Position numbers and translations under genes: made by a program. From positions 30,256,001 through 30,320,000 of the forward strand of contig CM022665.1 of NCBI GenBank assembly GCA_012295275.1: 64,000 nucleotides of DNA. The letters are read 5' to 3'. Source of the DNA: Chrysomallon squamiferum. Taxonomy: Eukaryota; Animalia; Mollusca. The notes beneath the pieces were generated by a model. The model had not been told where the DNA came from. It searched no databases and was given only the letters and a program-made list of their open reading frames with translations. Shown here one piece after another: positions 26,901 through 41,786 of this stretch (its first letter is position 1; every line of letters begins with the position of its first letter).

Positions 26901-29900
26901 TTTAACTTAGGGAAAGGTAAAACACTATAAATATATAAACATAATAATTATTTAACTGATAAAATAAAATAAAATTAAAACTAAAAACTAGTTTAACTAA
27001 AATCAAATAAATAATGTATCACCATGCCTGCACAAAGATTATTATTTGAAAATAAATGGCTTACACTGAATTCTGCAGTTAAAAATATAAATATTATTGA
27101 CAATCAAAAGTAAAGTTAATTACTAACCCTTAATTCAACCCACTTGTCCAGTAAGCGTTTTTCATTGAACTCACACAGCAGGCCTGACTGTGTGATGATG
27201 TAGGTACTGCCAGTAGTTACACCCTGTCCACAAACTACCTGACAGAAAAAATTGTTTTTCATTTCTCCTAAGAGACCATTACGTCCCTGCAGTGGAACTG
27301 TTTCATTAATCTGCAAAAATATAAAATAAATAAATTTAATATAAATGACAAATAACAACAACAACAATAATAACAAAACAGAGTCAATTCAACATAATAA
27401 TAATATATGGTTGTTGATTTTCTGCTTATAAAAATTGCCATCTCTGCTTATAAAATTTGTTATCTGTTATCTGAAATAAAATTATGGTTCTACATCAGAA
27501 GCAGTCTGACAAGGTTTCTGAATTGCTATGATTTTCAGCAGATTTAATAAACATTGTTCCTTGACATAAAGAAGTCAACTGTAATATTTATTTAATATAA
27601 TGGTAAGATTATAACATCTGTTGCAGATCTAATATTTAATAATTAGAATGACATTTTTAGAAAATATTAAAGCTTTTGATTTTGAAGTAAATTCAGACAT
27701 TTGGTGAAAAGATGAAGTGATGGTTAATATATATATATATATAATGTATATATTTTCACTCTTGCATCTGTTTAAATGAACACCATCTAAGAATTAGCCA
27801 ACTGAACAAAACCAAACCAAGTCTAGTAATGAAAAGAAAATGGCAGCCAATGTTTGAAAAGTATTTAAAAAAACAAAAAAGAAAGAAAAACAAGAACTGA
27901 AAAAAGAATATTAAGAAAACTGTATAATAACCTTTGACCTACTGCTCTGCAGATACCAGAATTTCACATGTCGGTTGCCGACTGTTACAAAATAACTTCC
28001 ATCTTCAGAAAAAGCAACAGATGAAACCTACAAAAAAAATAATCTAACTAAAAAGAAAAAGAAAATGATGTTTTCTGTCCTCTACCATTTATTAAGTTAT
28101 TGTAAACATCTTAATTTAACTGACAACCTTTTAAAACTGATGGTTCTTTTGATGTACAAGAAGCCTACAAAATATAATAATAATAATTTACCTCAACTTA
28201 CACATTCACTAGTACTGCTCACTGCTGATATAAATATATGTTAAACAGTTTAAACACTTAACATGTTTTTCATTCTTTTTATTTCTACTTTACAACCTAG
28301 AAACATACAAGTTACATGTATTCAATTAGTGTTTGAGATAAGCTACACTGACATTCATGGTTTTTTTATTTAGAAGCACCAACCTTGGATGAAATTTTGT
28401 TTGATGCCACCTTGTTTCCAGTTCGCCAGTTCCATACATTAACGATCATGTCATGTTGGGTTCCTACTGACACAATGTATTTCAAGTTAGGCGAAAATGC
28501 CTGAAAAGAAATATTAATTGATTAAAAGGCTAAAACAGCTTTATCCAAAAAGAACATACAGATTTCAAGTATAATAGATGCCTTTAATTTATACATACAA
28601 TACTTAAAATACAGTTAATTAAGACTGTAATCAAACCTTTTGCTTTAATTTAAATGCTCCAAATTCAAATATTAATGCAGAGGGTAATATGTAATACATG
28701 TGAATTATGATTAAACTTTGTACAACTCATACCACACAATTAATTCCAAATTTGTGTCCATGGAACTCGGCCACCTGTGTTTTCTCCTCCACGTCCCATA
28801 TACGAACTGCTGGCTGATGTCCACACTACAATAAAAAAGAAAAAGTATTGTTTCAGTATCGTTATGCTTCTTCTTTTCTTTTCTTTTTTAAATCCAGCAA
28901 TCCCTAAAAGATAGGCATCTATTATATCATAAACCAATCTCTATATAAATGCTGTTAAAAGTAAATAAAATTTAAAAATTACTAAAACTGTAAACCTGTA
29001 AAAGTACTAAAACTGTTGGGGATGTAAGGTTATTTTGTTTAAAAATATTTAACAGATAATGAAATTTAATGATATTAATCAATCCAAGGGCCTGGCCACC
29101 TTTAAAATAACATTTCAGCTCTGGATGATGATTTAGAGACAGTTTTTAAAAGAGTGGGGGAAAAATTATTTTGGGGTATCAAGTGACAGTATGATGAACA
29201 GATGAGAAAATTCAAAATAGGTTGCAAATAATATGCTTGACAAAATTTTGTTTTATTAGATTCTTTAGTGATCCCATCTAATTATTTATTTTACAGAAAT
29301 CATAACGTGAGAACATCAGGATTTAAAAAACTTTGGAAATATGAATTATGAGCTTTTCTGCTGGATATTAACTTGTGCCTACAATTAATTGTAAGAAAAT
29401 ATGAATTACATTTGAGTTATTTTTTTTCAGGGTTTTTTTTCTTCTAATCTTTTATTTATTTATTTCTTCTTCTTCTTCTTATTTTTTGTTGCTAAAATTA
29501 TTAATTTTCTTTTCTGTTTTTTGCAATGGTTGTAATTAGTATTATACTGAATCCAATACATTTGACACATTTTTTTTTTTTTTTTTTATTCCCCTTTAAT
29601 GTTAAAGCTTCTAATATCGTGCAAGAATTTTTATTATAATGTATGAATATATATGTTTCTGTGGATCAACGGAAAAAATAATTGAGCTAGTCAGCAGAGA
29701 TACCTCATCCTCTACATGAACATAAACAGAAGCATGGAAAAATCCTACACACAACAAGTTCTATAAATATATCTCATATCACATATATTTTCAAACATGT
29801 TGGAGTTTTGAATATTATATAATTATGTGAGTCTATCAAGGTAAAAACCCAAACTATCTTTAAAAATGTATCCCACTGTGTAAAATGAGCACTTGAAATA

Positions 29901-32900
29901 AAAGATATGACTTATTTTAATACAATATTTAATACATTTTGTTATTCCCACAGCCAGCTGAAATAATAACAAAGATATATACTGTCTGAGAAGCATTAAC
30001 AGGTTAATAATAATAAAAAGAACTAGGCTTCATTTTCAAGTGCACTTTGCTATTCCCATTGTTATCTCTGACAGTGAAATAGAAAATAACAGATAAATAC
30101 ATTAGCTGTATTTATGGAAAGAAGAAGAAGAAAAAAAATGGTTTTAATTTTATTTTAAATCATATAATTTGCTATTCTGAACTGAAATATTTCCAGTCTG
30201 TTTGGTATAGATAAACAAAACAAATACAAATAAAATGTAACAGCTGGAAGCATCATTTTAGTTTCTAAATACTCTATTGATTAAGTTAAACTGTGTGAAA
30301 CCCTGTTAAAATGCAGAGACCAGACAATATAGAATTAGTATCTAACCCAGTTCTGTCATGATACTGAAAGTGACAACTTGCACTATCACAACAGCCTTTT
30401 TTTCCTTTCGTTTTTTCTTTTTCGCACAAAACACACACACTCTCTCTTGTTCAACACAATGGGAATATTCCTGACAAAGGTGTTGCAAGACACTGAAATA
30501 TAATCCTTTGTGGTATAAACAGGTGGCCACAAACAGTTGATGGAAACACAAACTTTTAAATTTATGTCAAACTGTTACAAGTACGTTATGTAATGTATAT
30601 CTGTAATGATATTTTTCTGGCATCAAATTCCATTTTTATAACAATCAGTTGCATACAAATGTAACACAATGAATTTTTTAATAGGTCTGAGCATAATGCA
30701 TATGTGAAACAAGTCTGTATCTGCATCCTTACTTATTTTTTAAAAAGAAGAGAAATATAATATACTTTATCTGTATCTAAGTATTTAACTATATCACTGG
30801 TTACTACTGTAATAATAATTTGCTTTGAACATGTAAATTTAATTTGCACTTTATTTCAACCTACTATAATCTTAACAACATGACGTCTTTACAAATTATA
30901 TTACTGCTATATTGTAACATTATAAACTCTTTGATGTTTATTTTTATGTGACTGAACAGCATATGTGAAATATTTATTATTATAATTCACCTCTCCTGTG
31001 ACAAGATGCTTCCCATCTCCAGAAAAAGCCAGGGATGTGATGGTTTTCTTGCTGGAATTGAAAATGTGTGACTGTTTGTTTCTTCGTGGGTTGAACAGAA
31101 CGACAACACATCTGAAATTAAACAAAATTCAATTATTAATTATCATTAGATTAATAATATTAGATGTTATTATTCAGTTGATAAATAATGATGATACCAA
31201 CAGGCTGTGAACAATTCGTATCAATTAAGGCATTACTTACATGCTTCTTTCCAAAAACTGAAAACATATGTAAACTAGGGTCTTTGACATATTAGTCTTG
31301 CTGAGTACTGACTGGAATGGATAGTAGTAATTCAGTCAGTACTCAATATATTTTGAAATAATTTAATACTGAAATAATAAATTCAGCAACATAACACAAT
31401 ATGAAACTTTTGAAAATAAAATAAAAATATTATTGTAAAAGCAAAGTTTATTATATTCTGACAAACATGCTTGATATGTTTGCAATCTGAACATCATCTG
31501 TACAGACAATACAGTTTATATCTTAAGGAAATTTTAAAATTTATTATGACACTTTATTACGCTTTCAAAATACTTTAATTTCATAATTATCCAGCAACTT
31601 TGTGATATAATTTTAAAATAAATTAAAAGCCAGTAAGTTATCTGAGTCAAATAAAGATGATTTATTATGGTGTTAAATTGTGATAATTTAAAACTGACAT
31701 TTGTCATTTTAATACCAGTTCTATGTACATATATAAATGGAACTTTCACCCTACATTTGTCAAATATGTCAGATAAAAAAATTGTTGTAACATCAAAACA
31801 GGACTTAAAATAATAACCAGTGTATTATAAAATACCATATATTTATTCAGTTTCAAAAAGCTGTTGATGTATCTTTTTTCCTAATAATAATAAACAAGCG
31901 AACAAGTGTCCGAAACATCAAAGAAACAAATTAAGATAAAAAAATGTATTTATTTAAAATTAAACAAGGTGCATAGTTACTCCCTGAGTCAGACTTTTTT
32001 ATTTACAAAGCACTATTGGGTCTCTGATGACCTTCCAAGCCATGGTAATTAACTCAAGTACTGGATGTGTAATTATACCCTGAATTTCTCTCCAAACAAA
32101 ACCACAGCTGTACCCAATAAAATTAAAACATAATTATGTAGACTCAGTTAGCCTACCCATGTGGAAAGTTCAAACCACTAATATATATTTTTTTCTTTTC
32201 ATTAAAATAAACAACAGTACAGGATGACTTTATGTTAAATTTTTATTTACTACTAATTTTTCCTGTTTCTTTCTTAGACTGTTTTGTTTTTATTTTTAAA
32301 AAAACCCATATAAATATAAAATTAACCTCCTTAGAAAAAAGTAAAAACAAAATATAAAAAAATGAATAAAATTTAGTTGTTTTTCAAAATTAAGTAAAAT
32401 AAAACAAAAACAAATATAAACAGAAATTAATCTTTTTTATTTCAATACCCACAAAATCAATTACTTCTAAATAAAAACTGAACAAAATTATTTTATTTAT
32501 TGCTTTATTGAATTCTGTTGAAGGACTTCCATATGTCACAGTCAAACAAATAAATAAAAACATGTTTACAAAACAATCTGTATGTACGTCAACAATTCTT
32601 CATTTGAACATGTGTGCAGAATTATTATTTTTTATTAGCTATCATCTGATTTCAGTTACTGATCCTAATGATAGAAAAACACATTTAACACTTTCACTTT
32701 TAATTAATGTTAATGCAGATGTTGCAGTTATTTTTAAGTAAACATAAATTACTTATATTGATTTACAATAAATATTTTAAAATGTTTAGACATAGGCTAT
32801 CCATGTGCACACAACATAAGTGACACATACTTCCATCAAGATAATGCCTACTTACGATTCAAATTGAGGGTTTCTGTTCATGGAAATTTGATAAGAATAT

Positions 32901-35900
32901 AATTTAAAAAAAAAAAATAGTACAATTATAAATAACCAATAATAATAAGATGAAGAGAGAGAAAAATTAATGTTTCTGATGCTTAAAATAAACAAATAGC
33001 TTAAATGAGATTAAGAATTATTGTTAGTGATATTTTAAGTGGATATCAAGATTTTTTTAATAGAGATTATTTTTATCCAGGTTCCATCCTTATTAAGATA
33101 GTCTAGATGACTAATCAGAAAGGTGTTGTTATTTCAAACAGAAACTGATCAATATAATCTGTTTTAAACTACATCTTAAGTTCAATTCTTAGTCACAGAT
33201 CTGATTTTCTTATTTTTAAGTCTGTCTTATTTAAAATATCTGTGGCAAGTACAGGTTGGCTACAGGTTGCTTTGTCATGAAAGATGATATATCTTGTACA
33301 GTATTATAAACAGAGCACACTTAGCAAGTCTTAATTCGGTGAGCCAAAGTAGGTGTATGAATGAAGTAACGCCACTCACAATCAGACAGGTAATCACACA
33401 GGCTGTCTGTTGAGACAGTATCACACTGGTGACCTATCCCACCATGACATCACTCCAGTGTCACAATGCGTAAGGAAGCTATAGATGTTAGATTTTGTGT
33501 AATCATGCGTGAAAATTAGCAGAATACAAACTATGTTTTAGTGATATATGTAGGTCTGAGGCTAGACTTCACTGAACACAAATAACAGTTATTTCTTCTT
33601 TTTTTCTTCTCTTTCAAGTAAACTGGCGTAAGCTGTATAAAAAGTTTAACTTCTATTCAGAGTAAATAGCATAACAAAACAGAAGAAATAAGAACAAAAT
33701 ATACAGCAAAGTTCAGTGGAGCATTCTTAATCTGAGTATAATAAACTTTATTGTAATTTCAAACTCTTCCTTCCCAGAAAAGAAAAGAAAAAAGTGAATG
33801 AAAAAGTTCTGTGGAATCAGTTTGGTTTAAAATATCAAAGATAAATGAATGTTACAGTTATGGCAATAAACAGAATAGATAGATATGTGTTAGTTTGTTT
33901 GGTTAACTGTTGCAGGATTTGTGTTTATCGTTTTGTATTTATTTACTTATTTATTATTATTATTATTTTGTTGTTTTTTTGTTTTTAAATAACAGTATAA
34001 AGGTAATGTTTTTAAAAATCAACTGAAGTATAAATATAATGGGCCTTAACCATGTTAACTCCATTATACATGTATTTATTTCCATTTAATTCTCAAAACC
34101 AATCATCACATTTTATGTATTTTTCTATCTATGAATGTACATGTATGTATCTGAAGGGTTAAATTATTGAATTTAAAAGCTAAAGCAACACCTCTGAGAA
34201 AATGATGAGCTTTAATTCTTTGCCTGCCTGAAGGTGAAGTGGAGAACTCTATGGAAGTTAAACTGCAGCCAACATATGTTCAAAGAATTAGCTAACTTTA
34301 GTGCCTTACCACAAAACCACACTGGATACCAGTCACTGACAATTTAAATACAGAACAGAGGCCACACTGCTAGCAATTAAACAACTATGTAATTGCAACT
34401 TGTAGTTTACATTCTAATAATTAGTAAGCAATATGATCTTTCAAAGCCATGAGAAATAATGAGAAATTCATGGAAGGCTAATGTAAAATAATCTGTGTTG
34501 TGTATCTGATATTTTTGTTTGACAGATAGTCTTTGAACTTAAGGGGTACTCTCTCTACATGATAATCTAGAGCACTGGACAAAAACAGCAACAAAAAAAC
34601 AACACCTTTAATAATCTAGTATTAACTTTATCAATAATGTCATTTTAACCATGTCTTCTGCAGCCAGAATATAACAGTGATTTATAAAATTGTACAACAA
34701 ATGCCTATTAAAATAACAAAATCTTTCATGGATAAATTTTAATATTTTCAGTCAGAATAAAACATTTATGCTTGTGGTTTTTTTTTTTTTTTACTCTTTC
34801 ACCTTAGATAATAAAATCACTAAAAATACCTTCATATAGATTATAATGATGTGTAGAATAATAAAAATGAATGGCATTTTGCTATTCTGTGATTCATGGT
34901 CCAAAACAGTCTTCTTTTTTTTTTTTCTGTAGCTAAGTTACTGTTCTGTTTCGGCTGTAGAGCTTGGCTAATGGCATAATTTGTGAAGTTACTCCTAGGT
35001 TATTAAACTTGTAAATTAACATTTTGTGCCATGCCCAGTGGTCTGATTCATGATTCTGAAGAATAACAATTTCGTGAATCTTTCAACCAGGAATGTTTAA
35101 AAACAAAAAGAAGGAAACTTTTCTTCTCTAGTCTGTTGTGTTGCTGTCAGAGTTAAAATGCTATGAAACTGATACAACTGTTAAAGGTTAAAAATAGTTA
35201 ATTTTTTCTTTGTTATCTGATGTACACATCCAGCTTTGTACATGGTCAAGTTTAAATTTCAGTATTCAATTTCAAAGTAGTATTAAGTAACAGCATGGAA
35301 ACATTTATACTAATAAACAGTACTTCAAATCAATGTACACTATTCATACAGAACTAACCTATCAACTTTCCTAGACAAGAAAAATAAATATACTGCTGGA
35401 TTACCTGGTCAAAATTTTGAACTTTAGTACAAAATTAAACTGGCTAGATTTGCTAATAATAAAATTTTATTTTTCTTTCTTTATTTTAATTTGTTTTTAT
35501 TTATTTATTTTTTTATTATTATTTAGAATTATGAAATATTTATTTTAGTGTTTCAGTTTAGAAGGGGAAAAAAAAAAAAAAAAAAATCAATTTACACCTG
35601 GCATTTCTCCAGGGCAAAATATTATGAGCAACTTTTGACATTTATTAATAGAACATCTTCTTAAATGTCAAACATATATTTCAGAGGGTTTGTATTTTTA
35701 TGTTTTTATTTTTTATTTTTTTTTTTTTTACTTTAAAAAAAAAAATAATAAAATAATGTTACTTTTATTTATGAAAGCTAATGTATTACCAGAAAAGTAA
35801 TAACAGCTAAAGTGCATGAAATCTAGTTTGTGTCTAAAAACAGAAAACATCGTTTTTTTTCAAAAGTATATAAATTTAGCATGAGTTGTTAGGTGTTAAG

Positions 35901-38900
35901 AATGAAAGCTGTTGTCAAAAAAAAAGAAAAAAGATAGTGTGTGTAAATCAGACTGGATAAAATTACATAAAACAGTTTACAAAGCTGACAACAAACTAAT
36001 TACCTCATTTCTAAAATTGCTTCAATTTTAAGCTGGGGTGCTAAACAGAAACACATTTCCTTTAAAGGTAACATAATCCCAAACCCCCTGCCTTATTTAA
36101 AAACAACTTTATTAAACACTGTTTAATTATCTTAATATATAAGCAAAATATAATTTGCAGTACCTTTGTTCTTCTTTAATAATTGCAAAGACTGATTTAC
36201 AGCTTGAACATTTCCAGAACTTGTTTTTAATATTCATTTACACTGTGGGGTTTTCTGTATGGTGCAAGTATTTCTCATGGACTGATACACCAATTCATGA
36301 AAATTTATATGTTTGCATATCAGCATGTACTTTACAAGAACTCAGTTACCTTGTACTCAGCTGTTTATCTACTCAAAATGAATTTGATTAGTAGTTGTAA
36401 TACAAATGTTTTTTTTGTTTAATTTTTTGGGGGGGTTTTCAGTTGTTTTATATATATATATGAACATATGCATGCACATGCTCATATATATATATATACA
36501 CAAGCATGAAGAAAGATATAAATATAAAGAAACTCTAACATAAGACAACTTAAATCATCAGGATTGTGAAAGATTTTAAGTTAACATAAACTCCATTAAC
36601 ACTTTTTCAAACAAATTTAAATGTAAGAGAAAAAAAAAATTCTTTGGCCTTTGCCATTATCTTATCTCTAGCTCAGCCTGTGTTCAAACAGACAAGAAGA
36701 TCTGTTTGATCCTTCACAGTTTCCTACAAATTGTCAAAGTGTGAAAGATCAACAGTCAAAAAGGAGAGAGAAAAAAAAACATTCTTTCTTTACGTTTGTA
36801 GCTGCCAAATTAAACACCATCATTGAGATACATTACAAAACACAAAACGTATCTATAAACACATTTTATTAATGAACTTAATTTTAACCCAATTTTTTTT
36901 TAAATCTTTAGGATAAAATAAATTCTGTAAAAAAATAAAGTATACAAATAAAAATTTAAAGAATCAAAAGATTTTTTTTTCTCTCCTCAACCAAGTTAAA
37001 GATCCCATAAAAAAAAAAAAAAAAAAAAAAAATTAAACTACTCATTGTCTTGAAAATGGATCCTTTGCCAAATAAAATAATTACCTTTAAAACAAATACA
37101 TTATTTTAAATACTTTTTTCACCAAATATTTCTAAAAAACTTGAAAATTTCGGTTACTCATACTGCAACCACAAAATAAAGCAAACAGAAATAACAAAAT
37201 AAAAAAAGAACAAGAAGAAAAAAACTCTTCAAAAATAGGTATTTTTTACTGTTGTGTATGAAGAATAGGCTGTGTCCCTTCTACAGACAAACTAAGAAAG
37301 ATTGTTCTTCAGTTTGCTGTGATGTGTATGTATACGGTTGGAGGCTGCATGTACATATGTACAGAGAAAACACTTTGATCAAAACACTGTAGCTGTTGAG
37401 GAATGAACTTTGTTCAGTTACTTCTTTAGTTCAACATCTCTCAAAGTATTACTATAATTAAAAAGATTTCTGCTGTCACATTTCTAATTATTTATAAATA
37501 CAATTTAGCAATATTATCAGAAGGTATGTAACTCAGATGTTAATGCATGAATATGAATATACATTGAAATATATATAACTTTATAAGGAAAGTAATGGCT
37601 ATTTGATGATTTACTGATTACAAGTGTCCCATATAAAATATAAATTACAGGTACACAGCCTCAAGCTAAGTTTTTATCAGCAGTAAATTTTATTTTATTT
37701 CTGTCACATTGCTGAAAGGACAGCAAATATAATTAAAATAAGCAAATGTGAAAGAATAATAATCAGTTGGTTTTTTGTTGTTAATTCATTTTAAAAATCT
37801 TCCTTTGATTCTCAAACTAACTGCTTTGAAGCTGACACACATACATAAATAGTAATCAGTAATAACATCTGCATTCATTAATTATTTTGTAAGTATCCAA
37901 TAAAACAATATGAAAAAATAGGCTATTGTGACTAAAACAAAATGATGCAAAACAATACAGTTTGACTGAAGATCACTGACAACAGTACAAACAACTTATT
38001 TAAATATATGTACATGGACTAATGCACATAAACAGGTAAGGATATGGGAGTATTTATTCACAGGAATAACATACATGTAAGGATATAGGAGTATTTATTC
38101 ACTGGAATATTAAAATAGTGGGGCTAGTTGACAAATTACAGACCAGACAAGCACAGCTTGAAAGTGCAGACAATGGGTGTGTCGCATGCCTTGTTTGTGC
38201 AGTGTATCCCAGCACTTGAACAATGTTTGACAAAGTCTTCACTGAGATGTGTTGAATGTCAAGATACAATCAACATTTATCACATACTGCATACACATTA
38301 GTTCTTAAAGATTTTTAACAAAACCACATCTTTTTTATCATGTAATAAGTCTTGTTGTCATCTTTAGTATCCTACTTACATGATAAATATTGGGAGGGCA
38401 CCATCATCAATGTCAATAAAAGAGATACCAAGTGTGCATATAAACAAAGCAATTAATCACTTAGAAGGTTTGAAATAGAATAGTAAATAAAATGATATAC
38501 AATAACTTAATGATTTTTAAATGTTATTACTTTAAGAACTGTATTTGATGTATTTCAGTCACTCCCCCCACACACAATTTATTTTCTTCTCTTTAGTAAT
38601 TGCTTAATTTAGTAATAATCAATAATTTACAATATTTTAACCAGTGGACAATTAATAGTACCATACACATAGTATCTGTTTGTTTGTCTATCTCTCTCTC
38701 TCTTTCTCTCAGCACTCAGCTATGAAAATATTCACTTACTACATGTTGGTTTTAGAAAACCATCACATCGATAAGTTGTATTTTATTTTTATTCAGCAGT
38801 AAATAACTCATGAAACAATTCAAGACATACATAAAATACATTCATAAAAATGTCAGATATATTCACAAAAACTGACATATGGATACAATAAGTGAAACAT

Positions 38901-40624
38901 TGAACTGCATAATAAATGAGAAAAAAAGAAAGAAAAAAGAAAGAAAAAATAACAAAAAAATATCCCCCAAAAATCAAACAACAAAAAGAATTTAAAAAAA
39001 AAAAATTAATATTAATAATAGTACTACAGTAATAACAAAAAGAAGTAAAAGAAGAAGACTGTTTCTTTTTTTCTTTTTTTCTTCTACCTTTACATTATGA
39101 TTATCAATAAAAATTTCTCTTTGTGCACTTTTGAACTCCATCTCCCACTCAAGGCTTAGTGCTATTGTATATAATACAAAAGAATAAAATGCTATACCAT
39201 CCAAATACAGGTACAGAATTCATCAGGTCATTTTATACTTATGTGAAACATCTTGGTGAATTAGTCTCCAGTGTTGTAGTATCTGCTGAAACACTCTTGT
39301 TAATGTCTTTTAGTTTTCTACAGCTGGATACTTCAGCAGATGCAAACTATTATCTTGTTACTGTAATCTCCATATATACACTATGACATGCTAAGAATAC
39401 CTTTGTAGTAACATACATATCCTTTCTGTAGGGAGGTGGGAGAGGAAAAGGAGAAACATAGACATGGATTATAGATAGAAAATTATCTCTCTTTAATCTT
39501 GTAAAAATATATACAGACTAAATAACATTACATTTCTCCATTAATTTATGTTTTACAAGACAAACAGTTTATTATGTAGGACTACATTCTGTAACATTCA
39601 AACTCAGTGTCAAAGCATCTGTTATTCACTTTAACTTTTGTAAAAAAAATAACCAAAAAAACATGATGTTCTGATCTTTTTTTTTATTATTATTTTTAAT
39701 TTTTTAATTTTTTAATTTATTTATTTCTTCGTTTTTTTGTTGTTGTTTTTTTGTTGTTGTTGTTAAAAACCATATGCATAAAAACGAAGGTAAAAATAGT
39801 TTTGGGATTTTTTTCTTTTCAAACGGTTATTCAAAAGTCAATGAAGATTTTCTTTTCTCATGAATATAACTTTACCTCTAAGTATTTTCTGCTGAATAAT
39901 GGTAAAATATATAGTAAGCTTCAAATCCAAAATATTTAGGAGATTTGAGATTCTCTAAATGTTAAATGAATTTATTTTTATTTGCAAACACACTAATGCA
40001 GTGTTTCTCAACCTTTTTACCCTTGTGTAACCCTTGAAATAAATTACATGTCTCAAGAAAACCCTGCACAAAAACATTTATATACCATGTCTTTCTCTTA
40101 TTTTTTCATTGTAGTTCATATGGTAAAAAAATATATTTTTTGAATAAGGAAATATTAATACTTTTTTTGTCAAATTTATTGGTAATGCTAAATAAAACAT
40201 AGACAACTGATCTAAACCATGCCTGTGTCCTGTACTTGAGTGAGTCACATAATACACAAATCAGCACGTAAAATACAGGTCCCCGTCCACTGGGTGGGCA
40301 CTGACTAGTGAAGGCAGTTTCACGCTAGCACCGTACAGACATCACAAAATATTTTCCTAATGATTATCATCTTTTAAATAACAATAGAATAGATAGGATA
40401 ATGTCTTTTTTCAATAACAAAATATTTCCATAGAATATGAATTTAAATAAAAATAACTCAAAAGTGCATTAACTTATTTTACTCTTTCTTAATGAATCTG
40501 CTTATTTAGGGAAGTTATTTTTAAAATTTTAGTATAATAACTAATTAAGGAAATAACGTTTATTACAAAATCAGTATTATCAAGAAAAGCTCACAAACGC
40601 TTACAATTTTAAATTTTACAAAAT

Positions 40625-40672
<48 letters not shown>

Positions 40673-41749
40673 AACTGCTAAATAAGATTTCTGTAAGAAT
40701 GTTTTAAAGGCTTATTTTTTATTTATTACTATATATATATATTTTTTTTAAATTTATTTATGTATCACAGAGTTTTTATCCCAGTAATTTTTTTTTGTTT
40801 TTTAGATACTGAAAAATACAGAACCCCAAAACATCTCATACTAAACTTCAGCAGTGATCTATTAACAGTGTGTACCAAGTACTTGGACAGAATACACCTG
40901 TTTTACACACTACACTTTCTGTATTCCTAGCAAGCCATATATAAACAATGGATCACCTTTCACAAATGGTTCTATATTTTTTCAAACAGCTTGCACCATA
41001 ATCACAGATGGAGACTGACATGTTTATTAAGTTTTGCTTAAAGCTTAGGTTCACTGTACATTACAAACCAGCGTAAGCCAGGGATGAAGGAGCAGGTGTG
41101 AATGCAGTAAACATGTAATAAATTTTGCGTGTGCATATGTGCATGTGTGTGTGTGCATCCATGTACTTTGAACTAATTTTTAATAAATTATATACTTCAA
41201 TATATTAACAGATTTAATATTTAGCTATCACAGTAAATGCTGATACTAATTACTCTGATGTATTTGATTATATTTAAACAAGCAAAAGAAATTAAAAGTA
41301 AAAAAAAAAAGAAACAACAATTGCACGGAAGTGAAAAAATACAAATCTTCTGGAATCCAATTATATAATATAAGAAAAAAATACTAGCAAATTTAATAAT
41401 ATTTTTATAAGTACATTTCTGTTATATATAATTATACAGTATAAACATAATTAAAGTAAATATATTTCTGGAAATTGTTAAGTCCTAATCAGAACAAATT
41501 TGAATGCATGTTTAAAAATAATAAATCATATTGCTGACAAAATGTAATACTGAAATTAGAATAAAAGAAAAATTTCTACATCACTAATGTAACTGATACA
41601 CGTGGGATGTCAATAGTAAAATATCATACATCTATAATTTTATATCTGACCAGAAAATCTTCAACTTGGATAAACAGCCCACAAAATAATGAATACAAAA
41701 TTGTATGGCTAACTATTCCTATATAAAGAAAACATTAAATAAAACATCT

Positions 41750-41786
<37 letters not shown>

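Noticed and set aside
39159-39386. ORFs and a possible alternative first exon in intron 2
   Set aside because: The ATG/donor combinations I tried give the wrong phase or create TGA on joining exon 3
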